DNA from: an uncultured Acidobacteriaceae bacterium
Lineage (GTDB): Bacteria > Acidobacteriota > Terriglobia > Terriglobales > Acidobacteriaceae
Reading direction: 5' to 3'
Length of the DNA stretch: 64,000 bases
Assembly: GCA_963745845.1 (NCBI GenBank)
Contig: CAVUZE010000007.1
Span: 130,672 to 194,671 of the forward strand
This document shows positions 53,499-64,000 of this stretch, one piece after another. Below the pieces are notes generated by a model. The model saw only the letters and a list, made by a program, of their open reading frames with translations, had not been told where the DNA came from and did not search any database. The translations under genes and the position numbers were made by a program. Every line of letters begins with the position of its first letter. Position 1 is the stretch's first letter.

Positions 53499-55118
53499 TC
53501 ACGGATTCGAAATCTTCGGTGGGTTCGGCGACGGATAGCGGCGCAGCGGCGCCTTGCGCGTGGGACGCTTCGTTTTGGACTGATCCGTGGACGAAGCGGG
53601 GTCGGGGATCGTCTCCTGGTGATGCGGAGCAAAGAAACGCACGCCCTCCTGGGTGTGTTCCCCCAGCACGTGCAGCCGGAGAAAATTCGTTGATCCCGAC
53701 TTCGTTCGCGTGCCCGCCACAATCGCAATCACTTCGCGGTTGCGCACGTACCCGTACTGTTCGAGCAGGCTTTCAGCCACGTCGACCAGCGCCTCTGTTG
53801 AATTGACCTTGGGACAACGAATCGGTGTTGTGCCCCACAAGAGATTCAGGCGGTTGATCGTCACTTCAATCGGGCTGAGTGCAAAGATCGGCGAGGTTGG
53901 GTGATATTTCGAGAGCTGCCGTGCGGTCGCTCCCGACTCAGTAAACAGCGCAATACCGCGCAGGTCAAGGTCGTCGGCCGCATGCGCAGTGGCCTCGCAA
54001 ATCGTTTCCGCGATCGATAGATGGCTCTGCCGTACGCGCGTTTCAGCGTAGGTTTCTTTCTCTTCCTTGATATGCCGTTCCGCTTCGCTCACGATGCGCG
54101 CCATCATGGAGACCGCGTCCACAGGATACTTGCCGACCGCCGACTCGCCCGAAAGCATCACGGCATCTGTGCCATCGTAGACCGCATTCGCGACGTCGGA
54201 AACCTCGGCGCGCGTGGGCCGAGGGTTTTCAATCATCGATTCCAGCATCTGTGTCGCGGTGATCACCGGCTTGAAGTATTCGCTAGCCCTGCGAATGATG
54301 TGCTTCTGAATCGCGGGTACCTGCTCGGGAGGCACCTCGACGCCGAGATCGCCGCGGGCCACCATGATTCCGTCCGCCACTTGCAGAATGCTGTCGAGAT
54401 GTTCAATGGCCTGCGGCTTCTCGAGTTTTGCGATCACCCAGGTCTCGCCGCCATAGGCCGAAACGCGATTGCGCACCAGCCGCACATCTTCTGCCGTGCG
54501 CACAAACGAAACAGCGATGGCATCGACGCCATTCTTCAGCGCAAACTCCAGATCCTGTGAGTCCTTGTCGGTGAGCGACGGAACGCGCACAGCGATGCCG
54601 GGCAAGTTGATGCCTTTGTTCTCACCTAACAGCCCTCCATTCACGATCTCGCATACGACATCCGCGCCAACCACTTCGTGCACGCGCAATTCGATGAGGC
54701 CGTCGGAAAGAAGAATGCGCGAACCCTGCTCCACGTTTTCCGCGAGAGTCTTGAAGGTGGTGCTTACCAAAGAAGCTGTTCCCGGAATGTCGCGCGGCGT
54801 GATCGTCAGCCGGCCTCCTGCCTTCAGATGCACCGGTTGATGGTCTTTCAGCTTCGACGTGCGAATCTTGGGTCCCTGCAAGTCGCCGAGGATGCAGAGC
54901 GGCTTTCGCTCTTCGCGGCTTACCTTGCGGATCATTTGAATCAGCGCTAGTTTTTCGTCGTGTGTTCCATGGGAAAAATTCAGGCGAACGACATCGATAC
55001 CGGCGCGGACCAACTCGCGAAAAACCGGTTCAGTGTTCGAAGCGGGCCCCAGCGTCGCAACAATCTTCGCGCGTCGTTGAATGGGGGATTCATTCAGGCT
55101 CGTTTCAGCAAGCGGCAT
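53499..55118 (-). CDS. pyk: Pyruvate kinase
   Basis: RRAKIVATLGP, RLNFSHG, DLQGPKIR, AKLE, MVARGDLG, ATQMLESM..NPRPTRAE, MLSGES. Confidence 0.97.
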   Translation of the reverse strand: MPLAETSLNESPIQRRAKIVATLGPASNTEPVFRELVRAGIDVVRLNFSHGTHDEKLALIQMIRKVSREERKPLCILGDLQGPKIRTSKLKDHQPVHLKAGGRLTITPRDIPGTASLVSTTFKTLAENVEQGSRILLSDGLIELRVHEVVGADVVCEIVNGGLLGENKGINLPGIAVRVPSLTDKDSQDLEFALKNGVDAIAVSFVRTAEDVRLVRNRVSAYGGETWVIAKLEKPQAIEHLDSILQVADGIMVARGDLGVEVPPEQVPAIQKHIIRRASEYFKPVITATQMLESMIENPRPTRAEVSDVANAVYDGTDAVMLSGESAVGKYPVDAVSMMARIVSEAERHIKEEKETYAETRVRQSHLSIAETICEATAHAADDLDLRGIALFTESGATARQLSKYHPTSPIFALSPIEVTINRLNLLWGTTPIRCPKVNSTEALVDVAESLLEQYGYVRNREVIAIVAGTRTKSGSTNFLRLHVLGEHTQEGVRFFAPHHQETIPDPASSTDQSKTKRPTRKAPLRRYPSPNPPKISNP

Positions 55119-55257
55119 CAAAATTACTCCGGAATCGCTTTTCGTGGGGGTTGGGGTTAATTTTGGGGCAGACCGCTTCATTGTACACGGACCAACAGGA
55201 GCAGTTTTTGATTTGTCCGCGATGAATTGCCAGCGAATGAAGAACCAAAGCGCGAGT

Positions 55258-56145
55258 TTATCGGCGTGAAGCGAGTTGTTCGGGAAGATCGAATCGGGGG
55301 CTGCTTTCCTGCCGCGCCAGAAAGAGGACACCATTCAATTCCGCTCCGAGCAGCGCGCTGAACGAAGTGAGATAGAGCCACACGAGAGTGGCAATGCCGG
55401 CGCCAAACGGGCCATAGAACTTGGAATAGTTTGCAAATGTTGTCACGTACCAGCCGAATGCGAGCGTCGCGGGGAACCATGCCACGGTGGCCGCAATCGC
55501 ACCCGGCATCACACGCAACCAGTGTTCCTTCCGCTTGGTTCCAAAGTGATACAGTGCGCCCAGAACCGTAACACTCGTTACGACCGCGATTGCCCATCGC
55601 ACCATGCGCCAGAAGAACAGCACCGCGTCGTGCAACTCGTGCGCGGCATTTTTCACCATCCAATGCTCGATCTGGTGGCCAAAGACCAGGAGTAACGTGG
55701 CAAGCGCCAGCGGAACATGCACTGTGGGCACAAGCAAAAGCGCGCGCAGCCGCCGTTCCCAGAATCCCCACTCGGTTCGCTGAAGCCGATACGCACGCCG
55801 AAAGCCTTCCATCAGCGACAGCATCATGCCGAGACCCGCAAACACACTCAGAAGCGCCGCGGAAAAGACCAGTTGTGCCGATTGAAAACGCCGCGTCTGC
55901 ATGGACGAGAGCAGCAGCACGTAGGTGTCGGCGGGAACGAAGCTCATAAACGAGATGCGAAGTTGGCCCAGCATGGTCGTTCCTTCGGGAACGAACGCGA
56001 GCAGAGTGGTGACGACGACCATCGTGGGGAACAACATCAGCATGCCGGAATATGCCGCAGCCTTGGCCGTATTGAGCATGTCATGCTCAAACGCCAGCAT
56101 AAGCGCCTTCCGGAATACGACAATTGGACGAGCCATGCGCATCAC
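55258..56145 (-). CDS. YihY/virulence factor BrkB family membrane protein
   Basis: AAY..ML.LFP, PGAI.AT, YG.FGA.I..L.WLY.....LLGAE.N. Confidence 0.88.
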   Translation of the reverse strand: MMRMARPIVVFRKALMLAFEHDMLNTAKAAAYSGMLMLFPTMVVVTTLLAFVPEGTTMLGQLRISFMSFVPADTYVLLLSSMQTRRFQSAQLVFSAALLSVFAGLGMMLSLMEGFRRAYRLQRTEWGFWERRLRALLLVPTVHVPLALATLLLVFGHQIEHWMVKNAAHELHDAVLFFWRMVRWAIAVVTSVTVLGALYHFGTKRKEHWLRVMPGAIAATVAWFPATLAFGWYVTTFANYSKFYGPFGAGIATLVWLYLTSFSALLGAELNGVLFLARQESSPRFDLPEQLASRR

Positions 56146-56363
56146 ATGTCAGAGTAGAGCATTTGCAGTGATCCCGGCGAGAGGTTCACGCCGTTTATCG
56201 TCTGGGAACCGCGGTGGTGTCCGGCTACATGAAATCTTAATAAATCTGGGCTGATTCTTGTCCCAGCGCACGATGCGGGGAACGATGCGATGATCCGATG
56301 TATCCGTCTAGGCGGCGGATCGTGCTGACGGGCAAATCTCCAGCGGTTTATCATAGCCGGGTT

Positions 56364-58748
56364 ATGAGAACTGCTCTGAGCCGCAAGGTCCTCCGTCCCG
56401 TTTGCCTGCTTCTTTTGCCAGGCGTTTTTCTGCTTCGTTCAGTCGGGCAGCCGCACCCGGTACCGAATCCTCAACTTGCATCCAGAGACGTGAACGCGCG
56501 CGCCGAGGCGCTGCTGAAGAAGATGACGCTCGATGAAAAGATCGGGCAGCTCGTGGCATACTCGGCTGGATTTGCTACCGGTCCGTCGGCTTCCAATCTT
56601 ACCTATGACGACCTGGTCGCCAAGGGGCAGGTGGGTTCGATGCTCAATGTTGCAGGCGCGGAGAAGACGAATCACTACCAGCACATCGCGATTGAAAAAT
56701 CGCGCCTGCATATCCCCGTCATCTTCGGGCTCGATGTCATTCATGGCCACCACACAACATTTCCCATTCCGCTCGCAGTGGCAGCAAGCTGGGATCCCAA
56801 TGCCGCTCAGATAGTGGCACGAACAGGCGCGGCCGAGGCGCGCGCCGACGGCATTGTCTGGGTGTTCTCGCCGATGGTCGACATCGCACGTGATCCGCGA
56901 TGGGGACGCATTATCGAGTCGAATGGCGAGGATCCATATCTCAGCTCCGCGATGGCGCGCGCCTGGGTGAATGGGTATCAGCAGGGCGACCTGGGAAAGC
57001 TCGACTCAGTCGCCGCGTGCGTGAAGCATTTTGCGGCCTACGGCGCGGCTATCGCCGGACGCGACTACAACGCGACCGACATGAGCGAGATTACGCTGCG
57101 TCAAGTTTACCTTGAACCCTATCGCGCCGCGGTCGAAGCTGGCGTTGCAACTGTGATGAGCTCCTTCAATTCCATCAATGGCATTCCCGCGACGGCCGAC
57201 CCTCTGATTCTGACGCAAATTCTGCGCAAGGAATGGGGATTCGATGGATTCGTCGTTTCCGATTGGGGCGCCGTCGCCGAACTGATGAATCACTCCATCG
57301 GCGATGGGCCGACTGTGGCGCGCAAAGCGCTTGAGGCAGGCCTCGACATGGATATGGAGGGCAATCTCTTCGGCACCACGCTCGCATCGCAGGTGCAATC
57401 GGGCAAGATTCCCGAAAGCGTCGTAGACGAAGCGGTCCGTCGCATTCTTCGGGTCAAATTTGCTTTGGGACTTTTCGATCATCCGTATACCACCGACAGT
57501 CCGGCTTATGAAGCTACGCCGGAACGTCGTGCCGTGGCCCGCAAAGTAGCCGACGAAACGATGGTCCTGCTGAAGAACGACCCTGTGGAAGGCATTGGCG
57601 CACTGCTGCCGCTGACGAGCAAAGCCAGGAAGGTCGCCCTGATTGGGCCATTGGCCGACGACGCCCGCGATCTGCTGGGCGCGTGGTCCGCGGGCGATCC
57701 GAAGAATGTGATTACGCTCAAGCAGGAGTTGAGTCAGCGGCTCGGCGATAAGCTTTTCTATGCGGAGGGCTGCGGCTTGCTTGCAGGCGATGACGCAAAG
57801 GTGCTCAGAAGCGTCACGTTTGGTGGATCTATCGCAGGTCAGCAAGACCAGCCTCTTCCCGATGACGAGAAGAGTATTGCCGAAGCAGTCGATATCGCCA
57901 AGCAGGCCGATGTCGCCATCTTGGCTCTGGGAGAACCGGCGAATTGGATGGAAGGCGAGGCCGCGAGCCGCGTGCATCTCGGCTTTACAGGCAACCAGGA
58001 AAAGCTGCTGGAGGAGGTTGTTGCTACGGGAAAACCGGTAATCCTGGTAGTGCTTTCAGGTAGGCCGCTGGTCTTGAAGTGGGCCGCTGAACACGTGCCG
58101 GCGATCCTTCAAGCCTGGAGTCCCGGCATTGAGGCCGGGCCCGCCGTAGCCGACGTGCTGTTTGGCGATGTGAATCCGTCGGGCAAATTGCCGGCAAGCT
58201 TTCCGCGCGCTGTCGGGCAGGAGCCGCTCTACTATGCGCAGCTTCCCACAGGACGTCCCGCGAACGTCGATTTGACCCACATGCCGACAAACTCCTTGGA
58301 GAAGTTTGTTTCGCGCTATATGGATGAACAGAACTCGGCGCTGTTTCCGTTTGGCTGGGGATTGAGTTACACGCGCTTCCGCTATTCGAAGCCCACGTTG
58401 AGCCGCGCGGAGGTTCCCGTGCAAGAGGTTTTGGCGAATCACGCTCCAGTCACGACAGTCGCGGTCGACGTGACGAACACGGGCAGCGTGGCAGGGACCG
58501 AAGTGGTGCAAATGTACATTCGCAACACCGAGGCGAGCGTGGAGCAGCCGGTGCGCGAACTGAAAGGATTCGCGCGCGTCGAGCTTGCGCCGGGCGAGGC
58601 GAAACATCTGACGTTTCCGCTGGGATTCGACGAACTGAACTTCTACAACGTCGAGGTGAAGCGGACCGTGGAGCCAACGACTTATGACGTTTGGGTGGGC
58701 GGAAGCTCGCTGGCGGACGCAGAAACGGAATTGAAGATTGTCGAGTGA
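56364..58748 (+). CDS. bglX: Periplasmic GH3 beta-glucosidase (BglX-like)
   Basis: MTLDEKIGQ, DVIHG, DPRWGR, KHF, VVSDWG nucleophile, EGE, C-terminal Fn3-like LKGF. Confidence 0.92.
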   Translation: MRTALSRKVLRPVCLLLLPGVFLLRSVGQPHPVPNPQLASRDVNARAEALLKKMTLDEKIGQLVAYSAGFATGPSASNLTYDDLVAKGQVGSMLNVAGAEKTNHYQHIAIEKSRLHIPVIFGLDVIHGHHTTFPIPLAVAASWDPNAAQIVARTGAAEARADGIVWVFSPMVDIARDPRWGRIIESNGEDPYLSSAMARAWVNGYQQGDLGKLDSVAACVKHFAAYGAAIAGRDYNATDMSEITLRQVYLEPYRAAVEAGVATVMSSFNSINGIPATADPLILTQILRKEWGFDGFVVSDWGAVAELMNHSIGDGPTVARKALEAGLDMDMEGNLFGTTLASQVQSGKIPESVVDEAVRRILRVKFALGLFDHPYTTDSPAYEATPERRAVARKVADETMVLLKNDPVEGIGALLPLTSKARKVALIGPLADDARDLLGAWSAGDPKNVITLKQELSQRLGDKLFYAEGCGLLAGDDAKVLRSVTFGGSIAGQQDQPLPDDEKSIAEAVDIAKQADVAILALGEPANWMEGEAASRVHLGFTGNQEKLLEEVVATGKPVILVVLSGRPLVLKWAAEHVPAILQAWSPGIEAGPAVADVLFGDVNPSGKLPASFPRAVGQEPLYYAQLPTGRPANVDLTHMPTNSLEKFVSRYMDEQNSALFPFGWGLSYTRFRYSKPTLSRAEVPVQEVLANHAPVTTVAVDVTNTGSVAGTEVVQMYIRNTEASVEQPVRELKGFARVELAPGEAKHLTFPLGFDELNFYNVEVKRTVEPTTYDVWVGGSSLADAETELKIVE

Positions 58749-58926
58749 TATCGCCGCTCTTAGCGCTCCGGTCGGTGCAAGCCCCGTTCCAACAGGCTTG
58801 GTCTCAGTTTTTACGGACAGCAGCAGGTCGTGCGCCTAGAATCTCAGAATGTGAAACGCAGTATTGTCCTTGAGAATCTCCCTGGGTCGTTTAAAAGCGA
58901 ATGAAGGAAAGCCAAAGGCGGGCGCA

Positions 58927-60210
58927 TCAACGAGCGTAGCGAAACTGACGCTCGGCCCAGAAAACAGCTTCGGTATAGCAAGTGTGCAGGCGTTCCAGAG
59001 GGAGACCATTGGACTCGACGATCGCCTGGGAGCCAATCCAGTCCCCGCATTCGTGGCGCTTCACCCACTCGAGCATGCGGCTTTCCCTGTTGTCTGCGCC
59101 TTCCAGCGCATCGCGGATCTCTTTGCGCAGAGGGAGTTCCGGGGTCAGTTCTTCCATGGGCATCGCCAGCATGGCCGAAAGCAGGCTGAGCATTCCGAGG
59201 AGATATTGTTCATGGGGATTGAGGGCGCAGGTCGGAGCCGCAAGTTCGCAGAATCGTGCGCGCACCATCGCCAGCTTGAGAATTTCCGGAGGACGGCCGC
59301 TATTGAGCTCTGTTGCGATGGCAAGGGTGACAATGCGCCGGACGGGTTCTTCGCCCATAAGCACCAGTGCTTGCCGTGTAGAGCGAATCTCTTCGCGAAC
59401 CGCGTACCCCACGGAATTGATGAGGCGCAGGATGCGGTAGGTGAGAGATTGGTCGAGCCTCACGGTGCGACTCAACTTATCCCAGTCAAGAGGATCGCAC
59501 TGCAAAAGGCGCAGGATCTCGAGGTGGCAAAAGTGATTCGAGGGAACCTTGCGGTTTTTCATTAGCTGCGGGCGGCAAAAGTAGTAGCCCTGGAAAAACT
59601 GGAAGCCCTCGGCGCGAGCTATCTGGTACTCTTCCTGTGTTTCCACCTTCTCGGCCAGCAGCACGGCCCGGCTGCCCTTGAGTTGTTGAAGCAATTCCCG
59701 GCGCTCCGCAGGACCGGTGGAGAGGAAGTCGACCTTAATGTAGTCGGCCAAATCCACCATCAAAGTGAACCTGGGGTCCCAGACAAAATCATCGAGCGCC
59801 AGCCGGTACCCACGAGCTTTCAGATCGATGCAGGCCGCAAGCAGGTCGGGCGAGGGCTCGATGGTTTCCAGCAGCTCGAGTACGGCGATGCCGCTCGGCA
59901 GCACGCTCACCAGATCCTGGGTCAGCGTTTCCGAGGTGCAGTTGATGAAAGCGAGCGAACCGCCAGTAAACTTCTCTACTCCGAAAAGTACGGTGTCATC
60001 GAGAACTGTACGGGCGGCAAGCTCGCAATCGCCTCCGAACGCGGTTTCATCCCCCTTGCGGTAAAGCAGTTCGTAGCCATGAATCCGGCCGCGCAAATCG
60101 AGGATCGGCTGACGCGCCACACAGCGCGAGTTGCTTGCCGGCTCCTTCGCAATTTCCAGGCTTGGAGCGGCCACAGCCTGCGAAGAGACCTGTTCACCGC
60201 GCGAGGGCAT
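58927..60210 (-). CDS. EAL-HDOD domain protein (YuxH/PdeH-like)
   Basis: ARQPI..GYELLYR, ALDDF, KVDF, AEKVET, QGYYF then HDOD (DQSLTYRILRLINS, RARFCE). Confidence 0.9.
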   Translation of the reverse strand: MPSRGEQVSSQAVAAPSLEIAKEPASNSRCVARQPILDLRGRIHGYELLYRKGDETAFGGDCELAARTVLDDTVLFGVEKFTGGSLAFINCTSETLTQDLVSVLPSGIAVLELLETIEPSPDLLAACIDLKARGYRLALDDFVWDPRFTLMVDLADYIKVDFLSTGPAERRELLQQLKGSRAVLLAEKVETQEEYQIARAEGFQFFQGYYFCRPQLMKNRKVPSNHFCHLEILRLLQCDPLDWDKLSRTVRLDQSLTYRILRLINSVGYAVREEIRSTRQALVLMGEEPVRRIVTLAIATELNSGRPPEILKLAMVRARFCELAAPTCALNPHEQYLLGMLSLLSAMLAMPMEELTPELPLRKEIRDALEGADNRESRMLEWVKRHECGDWIGSQAIVESNGLPLERLHTCYTEAVFWAERQFRYAR

Positions 60211-60372
60211 ATTTCCTACCTTGGATTCTCTATGGGGCGAGTTCCCAGCACAAGACTCCTAAAGTCACTAACGAGAATGGTCCGGCAAACGGCATTCCGC
60301 GGTGAACGCTCGCTGGCTCCTCAAGGACGGGTCTTTGTCGTTGGGGTTGTCGGGCGGGTATCATGAACCTTC

Positions 60373-60948
60373 ATGGGAACTCCGCCAACAATTGAACTTG
60401 GCAGCATCGGGATGGCCGATACGCTCATTCTGATGGTGATTGCTCTGGTGGTGTTCGGGCCGCGACGGCTGCCGCAGATTGGGCGGCAGATCGGCAAGCT
60501 GATGTACGAGTTCCGCAAGGCTTCGAACGATTTCAAATTCCAGATGGAAGAGGAGCTGCGGCTGGCCGAAGACGCCGATCGGCGCAAGAAGGAAGAAGAA
60601 AAGCGGAAGCAGCTGGCGCAGGAGTCGGTTTCGGCCACCCCGGCTGTGGTGAAGGCTCTGGAATCGCCGTATCCGGGCGAGGAAGTGTATCCGGAGGTCA
60701 AGGCTCAGGAGCTGCCCGGCACCGACGATGTGGAACCCCGTATTTTGCCGCCATCGACCGGCGAAACGGTTGCCGCAACACGGGGAGCCGTCGATGCGGA
60801 ACTGACCGAGCCGCACCCGGAGGCAGACAGCAGAGACGTGCTCGACCCGATCGGACAGGAGAAGCAGCCCGCGCCCGTCGAAGAAGGTCAATCTCCGCCG
60901 ACAACTGAAAATGCTGCGGCCACGGAGACGATAAGTCACAATGGTTGA
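60373..60948 (+). CDS. tatB: Twin-arginine translocase subunit TatB (TatA/B family)
   Basis: ALVVFGPRRLPQIGR..G....FRK plus long acidic tail; upstream of tatC. Confidence 0.85.
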   Translation: MGTPPTIELGSIGMADTLILMVIALVVFGPRRLPQIGRQIGKLMYEFRKASNDFKFQMEEELRLAEDADRRKKEEEKRKQLAQESVSATPAVVKALESPYPGEEVYPEVKAQELPGTDDVEPRILPPSTGETVAATRGAVDAELTEPHPEADSRDVLDPIGQEKQPAPVEEGQSPPTTENAAATETISHNG

Positions 60949-61732
60949 TCCCGCGGAAGCGATCGGGAAGGCACGGCAGGCAGTGACACAGCGGGCGGAA
61001 CTGCCCGGCATGAGCCTGATGGAGCATCTGGACGAGCTGCGCAGGCGCATTGTCCACTCAGCGATGTATCTTGGCGCGGGATTCGTGATCGCTTATTTCT
61101 TTCACGAAAGGCTCTACGGCCTGGTGCAACAGCCACTGGACCGTTTGCACATCAAGCTCAACTACACGCATCCCATGGATGCGCTGAACCTGTATCTGCA
61201 GGTGTCGCTGATTGGCGGTGCGATTCTCGCGTCGCCGTTCATTCTGTATCAGGTTTGGTTATTCATTGCGCCAGGACTCTACCAGAAAGAGCGCCGCTTC
61301 GTGGTGCCTTTTATGGCGGCTACGGTGGGACTTTTTCTAACCGGCGCAGCGTTTGGCTACTTCTTTGTGCTGCCCGGTGCGCTGAAGATTCTGATTGTCG
61401 ATTTCGGCAAAAATTTCAATCCCATCATCACTATCGAGGAGTACACGGGCTTCTTTCTGTCGATCATTCTCGGTCTGGGCATCAGCTTCGAGATGCCGAT
61501 CCTGATTTTCTTTCTCGCCCTTTTCGGCATCGTCAGCCCGCGGTTCCTATGGAAGAACATCCGCTACGCGATTCTGGCGGTGTTTCTGGTGGCAGCCATC
61601 ATCACGCCCAGTCCCGATCCGTGGACGATGTGCATCTATGCGATTCCGATGCTGTGCCTCTATCTGATTGGCATCGGTGTTGCGTGGTGGGTACATCCCG
61701 ACCGCCGCAAAGCCAAAGAGGCCGCTTCGTAG
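60941..61732 (+). CDS. tatC: Twin-arginine translocase subunit TatC
   Basis: MSLMEHLDELRRR, YQVWLFIAPGLY..E, FEMP, AAIITP.PD. Confidence 0.97.
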   Translation: MVDPAEAIGKARQAVTQRAELPGMSLMEHLDELRRRIVHSAMYLGAGFVIAYFFHERLYGLVQQPLDRLHIKLNYTHPMDALNLYLQVSLIGGAILASPFILYQVWLFIAPGLYQKERRFVVPFMAATVGLFLTGAAFGYFFVLPGALKILIVDFGKNFNPIITIEEYTGFFLSIILGLGISFEMPILIFFLALFGIVSPRFLWKNIRYAILAVFLVAAIITPSPDPWTMCIYAIPMLCLYLIGIGVAWWVHPDRRKAKEAAS

Positions 61733-61890
61733 AACTGTTGCAGTAAGAGGGAGCAAACCCGGAGGAGCCGGTGGGAGTGGGTGGTTTGCTCACCTTCTAT
61801 TGTGCCTGGGTATTGATTGCGACGACGGGCTGGCGGCCAGGGTCGTCGCGGCGGATGGAAGGTCCGCCGCGCGGACGGCTTTCTGTTCTG

Positions 61891-63135
61891 CTACTTCTGG
61901 GCGGTCGTGATGCCGGTTGCCTTGAAGTCCTTGAAGTCCTGGGTAACAAACTGATGGCGAACACCGTATTGGGTCACGAAGGAGGTGCCGTTGGGAACAA
62001 CCTCGGCAATGGTGAATGAACGCACCGGGACGTAAAGGTTTTTGCCGGCGATGGGCATAGGCGCATAATCCACGCGGATGTTCTCGTAGTGGACAAAGTC
62101 CGAAGGCTTGAACTCGGCTTCGACGATGGTGCGAAGGACGACGCCGGAATGAGGATCGAGGAACAGCTCGCCGTGGGGGCCGGATTTGGCGTTGAACGGT
62201 TTCCACACGGATACGTTGGCAAGGTCGCCGTTGCCGGCCGGGTGCGCCGCTGGGCTGGCGCTGAGGCCTCCGAGCCCGGCGCCGCCGCCAGGGGTGGCGC
62301 TGCCGCCCTTCCCGCGGCCTCCGTAAAGCCCATTGCCGACGCTTGTAGTGTCCGGGAAGCAGCAATAGCTAAGGGCGTAGTGAGATTGTTTCTTATCGAC
62401 GGCGAAAGAGAAAACGGCGGTCTGGTGGCCGCTGATGGTTTCCCAGCGGAGAAATTTGGGGTTGCCGGAGGAGATGGCCTCACTGGTCAGCTGGTCGAGC
62501 GGAAGGAATGGGAGCATGGAGTTGACGAGACCGTTGCGTCCCCAGGGAGTGGTGTCCTTGCCGCTCGGTTTTTCGATACCGTTGTCGATCTCGACCGTGT
62601 CCGTGTGGGTGTTCATGAGGCGGAAGTAGCCGCGAATCTGCTGCCAGATCGTATCGTAGGCATGTTCGGATCTGACTTTGGTGCCACTATAGGACTCGAT
62701 GGTTTCGACGCCGTCCTGGAATCGTGCAACGAGACGAGTGGCGGTGAGTTGAGGTAGCTGAGGGTAGATTTGGGCGGCATAGTCCTGGGCCTTGGCGAGC
62801 ATGGCCTGCTGGGTGTCGGCGTCGGGAGCAGCGGCCTTCGGAAGGTCGGTATCAGGCGGGGCGAGCATGGCGCTGCGCGCCTCAAGCACGTACATCTGCT
62901 CGGTGGAAAGCGGACCAGTGACGAGGTTGATCATGCTGTTCATGCCGACGGGGGTCAGTTCTTCGGTCAGCTCGATCTGTTTCAGCTCGTTGGCCACCTG
63001 TTCGTCGCTCTTTTGCGCGTGGTACAGTCCTGTGACCAAATCTTGCAATTGAGCCACAGTCATTTTTCTTTGATCGGCCGACAAGAGGGCGGGGGCCAAT
63101 GCTAAGAGTAGAAGAATCCATTTGAAGCGCTTCAT
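61891..63135 (-). CDS. Secreted hypothetical protein of acidobacterial type
   Basis: GAGGA SD; signal peptide; MTVAQL N-terminal helical domain, beta-rich C-terminus with Gly-rich loop. Confidence 0.75.
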   Translation of the reverse strand: MKRFKWILLLLALAPALLSADQRKMTVAQLQDLVTGLYHAQKSDEQVANELKQIELTEELTPVGMNSMINLVTGPLSTEQMYVLEARSAMLAPPDTDLPKAAAPDADTQQAMLAKAQDYAAQIYPQLPQLTATRLVARFQDGVETIESYSGTKVRSEHAYDTIWQQIRGYFRLMNTHTDTVEIDNGIEKPSGKDTTPWGRNGLVNSMLPFLPLDQLTSEAISSGNPKFLRWETISGHQTAVFSFAVDKKQSHYALSYCCFPDTTSVGNGLYGGRGKGGSATPGGGAGLGGLSASPAAHPAGNGDLANVSVWKPFNAKSGPHGELFLDPHSGVVLRTIVEAEFKPSDFVHYENIRVDYAPMPIAGKNLYVPVRSFTIAEVVPNGTSFVTQYGVRHQFVTQDFKDFKATGITTAQK

Positions 63136-63603
63136 ATTCTCATCCTCGGTGAAATTGCGAGCGGAGAGATTGTAGCGATTGGTAGTGGACTGTGCATCAG
63201 CAATTTGCGTGGGTTATCGTGGCGGCGGCGAGGGCGGCTGGCAATGCCTTTCAGCCCATTCACGCAGGCGACGAAATGTCTCTCCATCCCGGTTAGGCGG
63301 GAGTAACTTTTCCTGCCACAGAACAAAGTCAACTTCGGTATCCCGCTTTGCGAACCATTCAGCCGAACAAGCTATCCTTGAATCGCGGGAGAACGCCCTG
63401 CAACGTGTTTTCGCTCGGATCAACGGCTAGGGACGGTCGCGCAGGTCGTAACTCCTTTCCCCAGACGACTCTGTGGCTAAACTCTTTCATGAGACGGCTT
63501 TGGAACGAAAGACTGGCGCCATCCTCGTGAAAACAAGGAGTTTGCTCCCAGAGTCCGGGGGAGGGGTACCCTCCGGCACTCGTAGCTGGCCCCGGAGGAA
63601 AGC

Positions 63604-64000
63604 ATGAACCGGTTCCATCAATCCGCACGCCTCGCCCAGGCCGCAATCGGGGCTCTGCTCTGCACGATTGCTGTGACTGCCCTCAGCGCGCATGCCCAGC
63701 ATTTCAACGGCAATCGCGCCTACGAGTACGCCCGCGATTTCGTCGCTATCGGACCGCGCTGGCCCACGAGTCCTGGACACGCAAAGGCTGAGGCGTTTCT
63801 GCGCGCCCACTTTCAGCACGATCAGCTCGAGGAAGATGCGTTTACCGCCGATACGCCGATCGGGCCGGTGAATATGCGCAACTTCATCGTGCGCTATCCC
63901 GGTAAGAAGGATGGCGTGATTGTGCTGGCGACCCACTACGAGACCAACTACTACCTGCGGAACATCAACTTTGTTGGAGCCAATGACGGCGGCGCGACGA
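63604..64000 (+). CDS. M28-family peptidase / glutaminyl cyclase-like, truncated at window end
   Basis: GGAGG SD; my translation: signal peptide, FNG.RAY, IGPR...S.GH, RNFIV, VLATHYET, VGANDGG. Confidence 0.82.
   Translation, partial: MNRFHQSARLAQAAIGALLCTIAVTALSAHAQHFNGNRAYEYARDFVAIGPRWPTSPGHAKAEAFLRAHFQHDQLEEDAFTADTPIGPVNMRNFIVRYPGKKDGVIVLATHYETNYYLRNINFVGANDGGAT

Overview
GC-rich bacterial chromosomal segment, most likely Acidobacteriota (Terriglobia/Acidobacteriaceae-like). The taxon is inferred from gene content such as an acidobacterial-type VWA protein, a DUF5715-like protein, a short PheT and a long-N-terminus S1; no database search was possible. The window is mainly housekeeping (gyrA, acpP-fabF, rmuC, rpsA, infC, mtaB, rpmI-rplT, pheS-pheT, zapB-like/zapA, 6S RNA, lgt-like, rluD, ligA, acnA, pyk, tatB-tatC). 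Interspersed are small accessory cassettes (vapBC, hicAB, four-helix-bundle gene, Uma2 nuclease, orphan Flp pilin), two EAL proteins and several secreted hydrolases. No tRNA, rRNA, CRISPR array, transposase, integrase or prophage was found. The strongest unexplained structure is a set of REP-like palindromes of two types. Type A has six copies with covarying stems. Type B has four copies plus a half copy. Type A is nested inside type B twice, caps a long rod-like hairpin in the infC leader, and sits in frame twice inside mtaB, where it adds translated peptides. Other notable points: a signal-peptide-bearing T4-lysozyme-like gene outside any phage context, an Lgt homologue lacking both essential arginines, an ~80-aa helical insertion in the GyrA pinwheel, a structured rpsA leader that can sequester its SD, infC with an ATC start split from rpmI-rplT, and many apparently leaderless genes. 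Family assignments rest on motifs recognised by eye, and start codons were adjusted from the ORF track where an RBS or -10 element supported it.
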